A stretch of 44,236 bases of DNA from Clostridiales bacterium UBA929 (GCA_002293625.1 DBDP01000062.1:25376-69611), one strand, 5' to 3'. Counted from the first letter of the stretch, positions 14,869-24,491 are shown. Program-made: numbers and translations. The notes: generated by a model from the letters alone, not told the origin.

Positions 14869-17436
14869 TTATACCGACTTTAAGATTTCAACGACCTTTT
14901 CAACCGCTTCTGCAAACCGTTCCGTGCCGGTTCCGCCGCCCATCGCGATGTCCGGGCGTCCGCCGCCGCTGCCGCCGCAGAGAGCGCAAACGGTCTTAAC
15001 TACATCCCCCGCTTTAACGCCGCGCTTGACAGCGTCGGAGCCGCAGGCGGCGCAGAACGTCACCTTCCCGCCCTCGCCCGCGTACAAAACGTTCACGCCG
15101 CCGGGGTTTTTATCGCGCAGCATTTCGCAGGTCTGACGCAGCGACGCCGCGTCGGGATTTTGCGCAGCTATCAATGTAAAGCCATTGACTTCACGGGCGT
15201 TCCGTAGCAAGCCGTCTATAAAGCCTCCAGCAAGTTTTTGTTGAAGCTGCGTCATTTCTTTTTGCAGTTTCTTATGTTCCGCCAGCAGCGCGGAGGCTTT
15301 GTCGGCAAGTTCCGAGGGTGTCGTTTTTAGCAGTGCCGCCGCGCCGCGCAAACGTGATTCGCTCAAAGCGGCCAGTTCCAGAGCGACTAGACCCGTAACG
15401 GCTTCAATCCGGCGCACACCCGCCGCGATCGAACTATCGGACAGAATGCAGAAGGAACCCGCCTTGGCGGTATTATCCAGATGGGTGCCGCCGCATAGCT
15501 CCATGCTGTAATCCCCCATCGAAACCACCCGCACCGATGCGCCGTACTTCTCCGTGAAGAGCGCCATCGCGCCCTTTGCCTTGGCTTCCTCCGGCGTCAT
15601 GACATCCACGCAGATGGAGTAGCCCTGCAAAATACGCCGGTTGACTTCCTCTGAAATCTGCGCAAGCTGTTCCGGCGTCGGCGCGGAAAAGTGCGTGTAG
15701 TCGAAACGCAGGCGGTCGGGTTCCACCTGTGAACCCGCTTGCTCCACATGTTCCCCAAACAGACCGCGCAGCGCCTTTTGCAGCAGATGGGTCGCGCTGT
15801 GCGCCCGCATAACGGCGGCGCGGCGTTCCGTATCTACCGAAGCGGTAACGCCTTGTCTGATTGCAAAATCCCCCTCAGCCTCGCCGATATGCAGAATCTT
15901 TCCGTCGGGCAGTTTCCTAACGTCTTCCACGCGGAATACGCCGCTTTCACCGGTAATGACCCCGGTATCGGCGCATTGCCCGCCGCTTTCGGCGTAAAAC
16001 GGTGTGCGGTCAAGCACCAAAATCCCCTCGGCGGCGGCTAAAACCGTTGCGCCGCACGAAAGCGTGTCATAGCCGACAAACTCGCTCGTTACCTCGCGCG
16101 GAAGCCCCAGATCGACCGTACTCCAGCCGGAGTTAACAAGTTCCGCGCGGGCGTCACGGGCGCGCTGACGTTGCTCCGCCATCAATACATCAAAACGGTC
16201 GCGGTCAAGCGAAAGCCCTTCCTCCTCCAAAATCTCCAGCGTAAGGTCAATCGGGAAACCGAAGGTGTCATACAGCATAAACGCCGGGTCGCCGCCAAAA
16301 ACCTTCCCCTCTACTTTCACGATTTCCTCCCGCAAAAGCGACAATCCCGCGTCGATTGTTTTGAGGAAGCGTTCCTCCTCAAGGCGGATGATGGTTTGGA
16401 TCCGTTCGGCGCGCTGCTTCAACTCGGGATAGGCAGCCGCGCTCTCCTCTATGACGGTCGCGGCGAGGTCGCATAAAAACGGTTTGGTGATACCGAGCAG
16501 ACGCCCGTGGCGGGCGGCACGGCGCAGCAGACGGCGCAGCACATAGCCGCGCTTCTCATTACTCGGTTGAACGCCGTCGCTGATCAGCATAACGGTGGAG
16601 CGGATGTGGTCGGTGACGACGCGCAGGGACATGTCGTGACGCTCCGATTGCCCGTAGGAAACCCCCGCCAGCTCACTCACGCGCTGCCGGATTCGGGTGA
16701 TGGTATCCACCTCAAAGACGTTCGGCACTCCCTGCACAACGCAGGCAAGGCGTTCCAGCCCCATGCCGAAGTCTATGTTCTTCTGCTTCAGCGGGGTATA
16801 GTTCCCCTCCCCATCATTGTTGAATTGCGTAAAGACGTTGTTGCCGATCTCGACAAAGCGGTCGCAGTCACAGCCGGGTTTGCAGTCCGGCGAGCCGCAG
16901 CCGTTCCCCTCACCCCGGTCGAAGTAGATTTCCGAGCAGGGACCGCAGGGACCGACGCCGATCTCCCAAAAGTTATCTTCCTTGCCGAGCCGCACCATGC
17001 GCGATTCCGGCACGCCGATCTCCTTTGTCCAGATGTCCCAAGCCTCGTCGTCGTCGAGGTAGACAGAGCAATACAGCAGGTTCGGGTCAATCCCCATCAC
17101 GCTTGTGAAGAATTCCCACGTCCATGTGATCGCTTCGCGTTTGAAGTAATCGCCAAAGGAAAAATGCCCCAGCATCTCAAAGAAGGTGCAATGGCGGTCG
17201 GTCTTCCCCACCCGCTCAATGTCGATAACGCGGACGCACTTTTGGCAGGTCGTCACACGCTTCGCCGGAGGCACGGCCGCGCCGGAGAAAAACGGCTTCA
17301 TCGGAGCCATGCCGCTGTTGATCAGCAGCAGCGTCGCGTCGCTTTCGGGGATGAGGGAGAAGGAGGGCAGACGCTTATGCTCCTTCGACTCAAAGTACGA
17401 GAGATATTTTTCGCGGATTTCGTTCAGTCCCAGCAT
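14869..17436 (-). CDS. alaS: Alanine--tRNA ligase
   Basis: 855 aa with a class II catalytic core (FFEMLGHFSFGDYFK), an editing domain (HSATHLL...CGGTH) and a C-terminal DHHA1-like GGGGRPD segment. Confidence 0.97.
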   Translation of the reverse strand: MLGLNEIREKYLSYFESKEHKRLPSFSLIPESDATLLLINSGMAPMKPFFSGAAVPPAKRVTTCQKCVRVIDIERVGKTDRHCTFFEMLGHFSFGDYFKREAITWTWEFFTSVMGIDPNLLYCSVYLDDDEAWDIWTKEIGVPESRMVRLGKEDNFWEIGVGPCGPCSEIYFDRGEGNGCGSPDCKPGCDCDRFVEIGNNVFTQFNNDGEGNYTPLKQKNIDFGMGLERLACVVQGVPNVFEVDTITRIRQRVSELAGVSYGQSERHDMSLRVVTDHIRSTVMLISDGVQPSNEKRGYVLRRLLRRAARHGRLLGITKPFLCDLAATVIEESAAAYPELKQRAERIQTIIRLEEERFLKTIDAGLSLLREEIVKVEGKVFGGDPAFMLYDTFGFPIDLTLEILEEEGLSLDRDRFDVLMAEQRQRARDARAELVNSGWSTVDLGLPREVTSEFVGYDTLSCGATVLAAAEGILVLDRTPFYAESGGQCADTGVITGESGVFRVEDVRKLPDGKILHIGEAEGDFAIRQGVTASVDTERRAAVMRAHSATHLLQKALRGLFGEHVEQAGSQVEPDRLRFDYTHFSAPTPEQLAQISEEVNRRILQGYSICVDVMTPEEAKAKGAMALFTEKYGASVRVVSMGDYSMELCGGTHLDNTAKAGSFCILSDSSIAAGVRRIEAVTGLVALELAALSESRLRGAAALLKTTPSELADKASALLAEHKKLQKEMTQLQQKLAGGFIDGLLRNAREVNGFTLIAAQNPDAASLRQTCEMLRDKNPGGVNVLYAGEGGKVTFCAACGSDAVKRGVKAGDVVKTVCALCGGSGGGRPDIAMGGGTGTERFAEAVEKVVEILKSV

Positions 17437-17483
17437 GTAAAGTTATCGTCCTTTCTGATGTAGGGTGCGCCGCATAGAGTGCG

Positions 17484-18641
17484 TTAATTGTTTGCGAACT
17501 GGCTGCTGTTGATAAAGTTATTGAACCCGCTTTCGGTTTCAAAGAAGTGGTGTACCCCGTCTTTGCCCAGCGCGTAAAAATAGTAGTCGGTATTGCCCGG
17601 ATAGAGAGCGGCGCTGATGGCGTCCAAACTTGGCGAACAGATCGGTCCCGGCGGCAGCCCTTCGTACATAAAGGTGTTATATGGGTTATCAATGGAGCGC
17701 GACGCGTAAATCTGCTCCGGCGTAAGCTCGCCGCCGTCCCGCCCGATGATATACACGCCCGTGGCGTCCAGTTCCAGCCTCGGGTACCGTTCGCTGTTTA
17801 AGCGGTTGTAGATGACCGACGAGATATTCTTCATCTCGCTGATTGTCGCGGCTTCCATTTGAATCAGCGAGGCGATGGTGAGAATCTCGTTGAGGCTGTA
17901 TTCAATCTGCTCCAGTTGCTGCCGCATTGTTCTGGTCAGCTTTAAGTCAAAGTTATCTAAAAACTTATCGAAGACAGCGGCGGGCGGCGAATCGGAATAG
18001 AAGATATACGTGTCGGGGTACAAATACCCTTCCAAGCGGTTCTCGTTCATCGGTATCTCGTCTAAAAACGGGTAATCGGTCAGTTCCGCCGTCGCGACAG
18101 CTGCCAGCAGTGTTTCATAGTTGCTTACGCCTTGGTCGGCGATCAAGCGTAATGTTTCCCGAAGCGTCTTGCCCTCGGTGATCTTTACCTGTACGGTCGT
18201 GCGCTCCACCCTGTTTACAAAGCTGTGGACAAGGGCGTGGTAGTCGAGCTTCGCGTTGACCTCAAACGTACCCGGTTCAATATCTTCTTCGGCATCGGAG
18301 AAATTGCAGTACAGCGTGAATAGCCATGAGTTTTCGATTACGCCCAGCTCTTTTAAGTTCCGTGACAGCTCCGAAATGGTGTAGCCTTCCGCAATTGTCA
18401 CGGTAACGGGCTTGTCGGACTTGGAAAGCGCTAGAACATCGTTTGCGCAGTTCCACGCGAAAACCGCCAAGAACAGAGAGACGACTAGGATCAGGACAAA
18501 GTACAATACCCCGCGCAAGCAGCCTGTGTTCGCCCGCTTCCGCTTTTCGAACTCAATCGGCTTCTTCGCAGCGCTCTCACCATTCTGTTGCTTCGGCTGT
18601 TTTCTCTCGAATAAACGCCTTAGCGGACCTTTCTGTGGCAT
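17484..18641 (-). CDS. mltG: Endolytic murein transglycosylase MltG (YceG-like)
   Basis: It has an N-terminal TM segment and a YceG domain (IASLIQMEAA...VIYNRL...PPGPICSPS). I trimmed it to the ATG at 18639-18641 (GGGGGTGGA upstream). Confidence 0.85.
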   Translation of the reverse strand: MPQKGPLRRLFERKQPKQQNGESAAKKPIEFEKRKRANTGCLRGVLYFVLILVVSLFLAVFAWNCANDVLALSKSDKPVTVTIAEGYTISELSRNLKELGVIENSWLFTLYCNFSDAEEDIEPGTFEVNAKLDYHALVHSFVNRVERTTVQVKITEGKTLRETLRLIADQGVSNYETLLAAVATAELTDYPFLDEIPMNENRLEGYLYPDTYIFYSDSPPAAVFDKFLDNFDLKLTRTMRQQLEQIEYSLNEILTIASLIQMEAATISEMKNISSVIYNRLNSERYPRLELDATGVYIIGRDGGELTPEQIYASRSIDNPYNTFMYEGLPPGPICSPSLDAISAALYPGNTDYYFYALGKDGVHHFFETESGFNNFINSSQFANN

Positions 18642-19150
18642 GTTTCCACCCCCGTAATCACCATTTCCACCGGCATATCCCATTGATTCCGCGGCACACG
18701 TTCCAGCAACCGTTCTGGGTGGCATAATCCAACCGTCCGGCACGTTTTTGCGGAAAGCCAGCGATCATAATATCCCCCGCCGCGCCCCAAACGAAACCCT
18801 TCCCGGTCAAACGCCAGCCCCGGAACCACGACCCATTCGGGTTCTTCCATCAGCGGCGCGTCCTCCGGCGGCTCCCAAAGCCCATACAATCCGCGCCGTA
18901 ACACTGACAAATCGGGTACCGTTCTTGCCGTCATCAAACCGCGTCCTTCGCAAAGCGGCACAGACAATGGGATGTTTCGTTCTAAGCAAAATCGCAGAAT
19001 CGGCGCGGTATCGCATTCTTTCGCTTCGCTGACAAAGCAAAAAACGCTCTTTGGGACGGTCTCTGAGTTCCAAAAATCAATCAGCCGCCGCGCCGCCGCG
19101 CCGCCGTCCGGCTTCGGTGTATAAAGCGCTCGGGCTTCCCGCTTTGTCAA
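18620..19150 (-). CDS. 5-formyltetrahydrofolate cyclo-ligase
   Basis: 176 aa with the family motif GRGGGYYDR. The apparent TTG start overlaps the DJ-1 stop, so the start position is uncertain. Confidence 0.8.
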   Translation of the reverse strand: MTKREARALYTPKPDGGAAARRLIDFWNSETVPKSVFCFVSEAKECDTAPILRFCLERNIPLSVPLCEGRGLMTARTVPDLSVLRRGLYGLWEPPEDAPLMEEPEWVVVPGLAFDREGFRLGRGGGYYDRWLSAKTCRTVGLCHPERLLERVPRNQWDMPVEMVITGVETCHRKVR

Positions 19151-19686
19151 GTGTACAAAAGCTGTGCCGCCAACATGTCCGCTTTCTCGCGCCCCGTCAA
19201 CAGCTCGACCAGCGCGAGGGAAAACGGAATCGACGCAGCGGGACCCTGACCCGTAATCAGCGATCCTTCCCGCACCACGGCGCGCTCAAGCACATATGCG
19301 CCGCCCTGCTTCACGGTTTCCGCCGTTGAGGGGTAGCAAGTAACCGTCCTGCCTTTCAGCAGACCCAGCCCCGCTAAAAAGCTCGGCGCGGCGCAGATTG
19401 CGCCTACGGGAGTCTCGTTTTCGAATGCCTGTAAAGCTAAATCACGCACACGCTGCGACGCCGCAAAATGTTCCGCGCATTTTAATCCGCCGGGGAAAAT
19501 TAGCATTTCTGCGTCAGAAACGTCAGAAAGCGGTATGTCGGCAAGGAGCTTTACGCCCCGCGCCCCGGTCACCGTCATGCCGGTCACGCCGACCATCTTG
19601 AGGTCGATCCCGACGCGCCGCAGGCAGTCCGCAATTGTCACCGCTTCCACTTCGGCCACGCCGTCGGCTAAAAACAGGTTCACCAT
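19147..19686 (-). CDS. DJ-1/PfpI-family protein
   Basis: 179 aa from the ATG at 19684-19686 (AAGGAGG upstream). It has the nucleophile-elbow Cys context VGAICAAP. The track's 72-aa extension overlaps the GNAT gene and was rejected. Confidence 0.85.
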   Translation of the reverse strand: MVNLFLADGVAEVEAVTIADCLRRVGIDLKMVGVTGMTVTGARGVKLLADIPLSDVSDAEMLIFPGGLKCAEHFAASQRVRDLALQAFENETPVGAICAAPSFLAGLGLLKGRTVTCYPSTAETVKQGGAYVLERAVVREGSLITGQGPAASIPFSLALVELLTGREKADMLAAQLLYT

Positions 19687-19699
19687 CAGAACCGCCTCC

Positions 19700-20395
19700 T
19701 TAGGTATACAACAAGTTGATATACGGTCGCGCCAGAAACCGCTCCGCATCTGCGGTGAAGGGGCGGATACAGGCCGCGCATTCGTCCTCCGGCATGTCCG
19801 ATCCCGCCGGAACTCGCTCCAGCAAGCCCCGGTCGTCGCCGACCGTATAACCGTCCGCTCCGAGCAGTACCGTATATTCCAGCAGAATTGTCTCCCACTC
19901 AAACGTATCTCTTAATGCTCGGTCGGGGAACGCTTCGTTATACAGCGCGGACAGTTTCGGAATGTCCTGCCTGCCCGCAAGGCGATCATAAGGGCTGTCA
20001 CCTGCGGTTAGCGGTCTGTGACCACGCAAGGTCATGCCGAACTTACCATAATAGACAGCCAGCGCGGCGCTTGCCGGAATCAGAAACGCGCAATCGCAGC
20101 CTTCGTCTTCAAGGGTTTTTAAGGCGGCATTGATCAGGTTTCCCGCGAGACCCCGCTTTCTGTACGCAGGATCGGTCACGATCCCCATCAGATACCCGGC
20201 GCGCAGTTCCCGCTTGCCCGATAGAATCACTCGCGGCAACATATGCAGCATTGAAACGGGCTTTTCGCCGTCGGTATAGATAAGAGCTTTCTCGGGAGCG
20301 TAGTCACGGGTGAAAAACGCCTCATCCGGCTGAAACGCGAGGTTCCATAAAGGTCGCAAATCGTCGCCCGAATCGGCGGTGCGCATATCAAGCAT
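19700..20395 (-). CDS. GNAT-family N-acetyltransferase
   Basis: 231 aa with the acetyl-CoA binding motif VTDPAYRKRGLAGNLI. Confidence 0.7.
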   Translation of the reverse strand: MLDMRTADSGDDLRPLWNLAFQPDEAFFTRDYAPEKALIYTDGEKPVSMLHMLPRVILSGKRELRAGYLMGIVTDPAYRKRGLAGNLINAALKTLEDEGCDCAFLIPASAALAVYYGKFGMTLRGHRPLTAGDSPYDRLAGRQDIPKLSALYNEAFPDRALRDTFEWETILLEYTVLLGADGYTVGDDRGLLERVPAGSDMPEDECAACIRPFTADAERFLARPYINLLYT

Positions 20396-21110
20396 GGTTT
20401 TGTTTGGCCGTTTTTCTGACCAAGCGCAAGAACTTCGGAATCACGAACAGGCGCGGTATCCGCGACGGCTGACGCAGGACACGATATAGCCACTCCAGCC
20501 CCAGCTTTGAAAATACCTTCGGGGCGCGACTCACCGTTCCGGCCAAGACGTCCAGAGAACCGCCAAGCCCCGCCATCAGCACTCCGGGCAGTTTTACCGC
20601 ATTTCGCGCCATCCATAGCTCTTGCTTTGGCGCGCCGAGCGAAACCACCAAGAAATCCGGGTTCGCCGCTTGGATTAGCGTAAGGACGGCGGCTTCATCG
20701 GTAAAATAACCGTCGTGCGTTCCGCAGATCACCAAACCAGGATGCGTGTTTATAGCGTTTTGCGCTGCCGCTTCGGCGACGCCGGGCTTTCCGCCTAAAA
20801 AGAACACGCACATTCCCTTTTCGGCGCAAACGCCGAGCATAGCGAAGAACCATTCAATGCCGAGAACGCGGTCTTTCAGTGGGCGACCCAGTTTCTTCGC
20901 GGCTTTAATGATGCCGATGCCGTCTGCCAAAATCAAATCGGCGGTCGCCACGGCGTCGCGGGCGTCCGGGTCTGTGTGGCATTTCCAAACGATCTCCGGG
21001 TTCGGCGTCACGACGCGCCCCCCGCCGCTTTCCATCAGAACCAAGCCCCGTTGCACGGCTTCCTCCGGCGTCACGGCGTCAAAAGGTATCCCCAGTATGT
21101 CCGCTTTCAA
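20388..21110 (-). CDS. WecB/TagA/CpsF-family glycosyltransferase
   Basis: 240 aa. VVTPNPEIV, ADLILADGIGI, FFLGGKPGVAE and VSLGAPKQELW are family-typical segments. Confidence 0.85.
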   Translation of the reverse strand: MKADILGIPFDAVTPEEAVQRGLVLMESGGGRVVTPNPEIVWKCHTDPDARDAVATADLILADGIGIIKAAKKLGRPLKDRVLGIEWFFAMLGVCAEKGMCVFFLGGKPGVAEAAAQNAINTHPGLVICGTHDGYFTDEAAVLTLIQAANPDFLVVSLGAPKQELWMARNAVKLPGVLMAGLGGSLDVLAGTVSRAPKVFSKLGLEWLYRVLRQPSRIPRLFVIPKFLRLVRKTAKQNHA

Positions 21111-21167
21111 TCCCGGACCCTCCCTTGCCTATTATTGTATTCTACCATAAAAGGAGGCGCAGCGTCA

Positions 21168-21251
21168 ATGAAAACGTTTGTTCTGCTTCTCTTGACGTTC
21201 TCAACCGCGGCACCTCCCGCATACACTCCCACAGAGGGGGTCATGCCATGA
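21168..21251 (+). CDS. Candidate 27-aa hydrophobic upstream ORF coupled to yunB (hypothetical)
   Basis: The ORF encodes MKTFVLLLLTFSTAAPPAYTPTEGVMP. AAGGAGG at 21151-21157 sits 10 nt before the ATG at 21168. Its TGA (21249-21251) overlaps the yunB ATG (21248-21250). It is below the 60-aa cutoff of the ORF track. Confidence 0.3.
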   Translation: MKTFVLLLLTFSTAAPPAYTPTEGVMP

Positions 21252-21997
21252 ACAGGTTCCGCCAGCGCGTTTCGTTATGGTGGCGGTCTGTCCGCGCCAA
21301 TCACCCGAAATCAGCAAGACGACACAAGCCCGCGAGAAGACGCGCCTCCGCCCGAAAGGGCGGCAGGACTGCTAAGTTTCCGACGCGTTTCGTTGTTATC
21401 AGCCTCATTGTCGTGACTGTTTTTATCCTCGGCAACCGCTATGTCGTCAACCATCTGCGCCCCATCATTACGCAAATGGCGCGCGTGGAAGTCGATCAGC
21501 TCGCGGCGCGGCTTATTAACCAGGCAATCAACGACAAAATATCCGAGGACGGCGTGACATACGGCGATCTCGTGTACTTCGAGAAGGATATCTATGGTCA
21601 AATCACGGCGCTGAAAACCGACATCATTTCGGTGAACCGCCTAAAAGCCGACATCACCGAGGAGGTGCTGCGCTCAATTGAAAACGCCGACACCTCCGGC
21701 ATCGCGATCCCGATCGGCAACCTCATCAACAGCGACCTGTTCGGCGGCCGGGGTCCCCGAATCCCGCTCAAAATCGTACCGCTCGGAACGGTCAGCGCGA
21801 ATTTCACCAATCAGTTCAGCGAAGCCGGAATCAACCAAACGCGGCATCAGATTATGATGGACGTTTCGGTGGAGATTTCCGTCCTACTGCCCGGCTACGA
21901 CATCGGCACACAGGTGGCGACGCAGGTCAGCATCGCCGAAACCGTCATTGTCGGCTCGGTGCCGGACAGCTATTTTACGATGCAGGATATTATATAA
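21248..21997 (+). CDS. yunB: Sporulation protein YunB
   Basis: A basic N-terminus and one TM segment are followed by IPIGNLINSDLFGGRGPRIPLKIVPLGTV...AGINQTRHQIMMDVSVEISVLLP, which is typical of YunB. GAGGGGG sits 7 nt before the ATG. Confidence 0.85.
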   Translation: MNRFRQRVSLWWRSVRANHPKSARRHKPARRRASARKGGRTAKFPTRFVVISLIVVTVFILGNRYVVNHLRPIITQMARVEVDQLAARLINQAINDKISEDGVTYGDLVYFEKDIYGQITALKTDIISVNRLKADITEEVLRSIENADTSGIAIPIGNLINSDLFGGRGPRIPLKIVPLGTVSANFTNQFSEAGINQTRHQIMMDVSVEISVLLPGYDIGTQVATQVSIAETVIVGSVPDSYFTMQDII

Positions 21998-22003
21998 CCG
22001 TTC

Positions 22004-22975
22004 TTACACCCGGTTCTCCAGCAGCAAATCCCACAGCGCGCGGTCAATCTGGAATCCGTCTAACTCTTCGTAAACAGCGCCGGGTCGCCCATGGTTCACC
22101 GCACCGAACGGACCGGCGAAATTCCAAAGCGCGTACCCCCAGCGGTACTCGCGCCATAACGAAAGCAAATCGAAAAGCCATGCGAGAGCTACATCGTTCG
22201 GCGTCTTGTTATAGCAGCCAAACTCGCCGATATGAACCTTTACGCCCTTTTGCTCCGTCTCCCGCCAAAGCCGGTAATGTTCCCGCAGCTTCTCTTTATT
22301 CCAACGTTCGCTGGGGTAAACAGGCTCTTGCCAACCGCCGGGTGGTTCTTTATTCCACTCCGCGCGGTAATGGCTGACGGAAAACGGGGTATATCCCCGC
22401 CCGCTGTGAACCGTCCCGGTGTCGGCCAGCTCGGGGATAGCGTCGCTGCCCCCGCAGACGCCGTCCAGCACAATTTCACGCGCCGGATCAACGGCTCGAA
22501 TCTCGCCGATCACCCGCCGCATAACCGCTTCGTGCCGTTCGCGAGTAAACTCGCGTTCGCCGGGGTTAGGCGGCTCGTTCAGTAAGTCGAAGCTAAGGTT
22601 CTCTGTTCCCTTGTAGCGTTCCGCGAATTGCTTCCAAAGGAGCGCGAACCCGTCCTGCGCGGCAGCGTCCGTCCAGAGGCAGAGGTCTTTTGGCGGGTTG
22701 TTGATGCAGTAACCCGGCGCGCGGTGGATATTCAAGCACATGTGCAGACCGCGCTCACGGCAGGCTTCTAAGTATGTATCAATCAGAGAGAGAACGCTTT
22801 CATCCGGGTGCGCGTAGTCCTCCTCCCGTATCCAAAAACGGTAGTCCAGCGGCACCCGAATGAAGGTAAAACCGTGTTTCGCGATAAAGTCCAACTGGCG
22901 CAAATCAGGCGGGAGCGGCGCTCTATCCCCGCGTTTAGCAAACATCCAAAGCATGTTGAAACCGTATTTGGGCAT
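22004..22975 (-). CDS. Glycoside hydrolase family 5 enzyme, no signal peptide (predicted cytoplasmic)
   Basis: 323 aa with the acid/base motif LLNEP and the nucleophile motif HIGEFG. The start ATG overlaps the xylanase TAA as TAATG. Confidence 0.85.
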   Translation of the reverse strand: MPKYGFNMLWMFAKRGDRAPLPPDLRQLDFIAKHGFTFIRVPLDYRFWIREEDYAHPDESVLSLIDTYLEACRERGLHMCLNIHRAPGYCINNPPKDLCLWTDAAAQDGFALLWKQFAERYKGTENLSFDLLNEPPNPGEREFTRERHEAVMRRVIGEIRAVDPAREIVLDGVCGGSDAIPELADTGTVHSGRGYTPFSVSHYRAEWNKEPPGGWQEPVYPSERWNKEKLREHYRLWRETEQKGVKVHIGEFGCYNKTPNDVALAWLFDLLSLWREYRWGYALWNFAGPFGAVNHGRPGAVYEELDGFQIDRALWDLLLENRV

Positions 22976-23889
22976 TATTTTTGCTCTCCCTTCTTACGCA
23001 ACCGCACAACGACCGCGACGATGACGCACAACAGAACGGCCGCAATCGCGATAATCAACGCTACGGGAACGCCGGAGCTGTCTTGCTCGCCATTGGCGGA
23101 AGGTTCGGTTTCCGCCGGAGTGGGTGCGGGTGTAGGTTCCGCAGACGGAGAGGGTGACTCTTCGGGCGACGGTGACGGCGTCTCTTCGGCTATGTCAACA
23201 CCGCCCACCGTGAGGACATTCGTATATACGTCGGCGACACCGCTGCTTTGGTAGCCCTCCACGCACAACGCGACTTCGTAAATATTGCCGAGCGTCATTC
23301 CCATGTTCTCCCACACCTTGATATGTTCGCTGACCGAAACAGTTCCCTCTGTCTTCCGTTCGGTGCGCACGCTCCAATACTGCTGGAAGGTCTGCGTCCC
23401 CTGAATAGACGGCTGGTTGAAACGGGTGGTCTCATAGACATCGTATGTACCGCCGTCCACTTCAATCGTTCCCTTTGATTCCGCTCCGGGCGGACGCCAG
23501 CTCCCCCAGCTCTCCACGACGTAAAATTCCACAAGCGGGTCTACCGACCAGCCGTAAACGCAAAGATACGAGTTCCCGTTCGGGAAATACTCGGCACCGT
23601 ATTCCAGCGAAATCTCCCCCAGTTCGTCATGCGTTTGGGTTGAGTCAAACTTTTTCCCGGTGCGGAACAGGACGTTTTGGGCGTCCGTCCACTGGCAGGA
23701 GTACGCGCCGCCCTCATTTAATGTCATGCTGCCTTCACCGCCGCCCACGTCCATCCACAGTTCGTAGTTGTAGCCCTCATGCAGCCCCATCCCGTTGCTC
23801 GTGAGAGGCTCACCGGCTGCCGAAACCGGCACGGAAGCGGTCAGCGCGGCCGCGCAAAGAAACGCGGCGATGCGTTTACGTTTTTGCAT
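22975..23889 (-). CDS. GH11 endo-1,4-beta-xylanase with Pro/Ser/Thr linker and C-terminal transmembrane anchor
   Basis: A signal peptide ([14 protein letters not shown]) leads into a GH11 jelly-roll ([26 protein letters not shown]). This is followed by the linker [30 protein letters not shown], the TM segment [22 protein letters not shown] and the tail RLRKKGEQK. Confidence 0.9.
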   Translation of the reverse strand: MQKRKRIAAFLCAAALTASVPVSAAGEPLTSNGMGLHEGYNYELWMDVGGGEGSMTLNEGGAYSCQWTDAQNVLFRTGKKFDSTQTHDELGEISLEYGAEYFPNGNSYLCVYGWSVDPLVEFYVVESWGSWRPPGAESKGTIEVDGGTYDVYETTRFNQPSIQGTQTFQQYWSVRTERKTEGTVSVSEHIKVWENMGMTLGNIYEVALCVEGYQSSGVADVYTNVLTVGGVDIAEETPSPSPEESPSPSAEPTPAPTPAETEPSANGEQDSSGVPVALIIAIAAVLLCVIVAVVVRLRKKGEQK

Positions 23890-23978
23890 ACAATACCCAT
23901 CCTTAATTCATAATTGAAAAACACCGCCAGTATAGCACAGGATACCCAAGCGGTCAAACATTTTCCGTGAGTTCGACC

Positions 23979-24007
23979 TTGTAATACAGCGTTTGCTATG
24001 GTATAAT
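23979..24007 (+). promoter_or_regulatory. Sigma-A-type promoter for nfeD-SPFH
   Basis: TTGTAA (23979-23984), a 17-nt spacer, then TATAAT (24002-24007). Confidence 0.55.
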
Positions 24008-24029
24008 AAACACAGAAAGGGTGTGTGAT

Positions 24030-24491
24030 ATGGACTGGCAACTCATACTTTGGCTCTCGATCATCGTTCTTTGCGTAATTGCCGAGGCGAGTACCGTTAC
24101 GCTCATCAGCATTTGGTTTGCGTTCGGCTCACTTGCGGCGCTGGTCGCCTGCCTCATCTCGCCCGATACAGTCTGGATGCAGGCGCTCGTCTTTGCCGTA
24201 TGCTCCTGCGGAACCCTCGCGCTGACGCGGCCTGTCTGCAAACGTTACTTACAGCAACGCAAAGAGACGCGCACCAACGCCGACCGAAACATCGGGGAGG
24301 TCGCGCTCTGCACGGGGCGGATCGACAACGACGCGGGTACCGGCTCCGCACACCTTATGGGTAAGGAATGGACAGCCCGCAGCATGGATGGTTCTGTTAT
24401 TGAAGAAGGCGCGAAGGTGCGTGTACAGGCCATCAGCGGCGTAAAACTTATGGTTTCACCGATACCTGTTGAGGCAGCAGCTTCACGGTAG
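24030..24491 (+). CDS. NfeD-family membrane protein (short form, C-terminal OB-fold)
   Basis: N-terminal TM segments are followed by IGEVALCTGRIDNDAGTGSAHLMGKEWTARS...GAKVRVQAISGVKLMV. Pairing with a downstream SPFH gene is canonical for this family. Confidence 0.8.
   Translation: MDWQLILWLSIIVLCVIAEASTVTLISIWFAFGSLAALVACLISPDTVWMQALVFAVCSCGTLALTRPVCKRYLQQRKETRTNADRNIGEVALCTGRIDNDAGTGSAHLMGKEWTARSMDGSVIEEGAKVRVQAISGVKLMVSPIPVEAAASR

Noticed and set aside
16507-17463. A 318-aa plus-strand ORF antisense to alaS. Similar long antisense or overlapping ORFs occur at 13333..14106, 36398..37150, 36681..37379, 40776..41555, 43341..44033, 5711..6241, 32020..32718 and 10292..10822.
   Set aside because: Each fully overlaps a gene with unmistakable family motifs on the other strand or frame. 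They are Arg/Ala/Pro/Gly-rich and low in complexity, as expected for stop-poor alternative frames in high-GC DNA. None has a credible RBS or recognisable domain.
21125-21160. A sigma-E-type promoter (CATAAAAG at 21146-21153) for yunB.
   Set aside because: There is no acceptable -35 element at 13-15 nt spacing, and the putative -10 overlaps the Shine-Dalgarno of the upstream small ORF. The evidence is too weak to report as a feature.
22975-23100. An LPXTG or other sortase sorting signal at the xylanase C-terminus.
   Set aside because: The hydrophobic helix and basic tail are present, but no LPXTG, NPQTN or LAXTG-like pentapeptide precedes them (the sequence is [13 protein letters not shown]). 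I treat it as a plain TM anchor.
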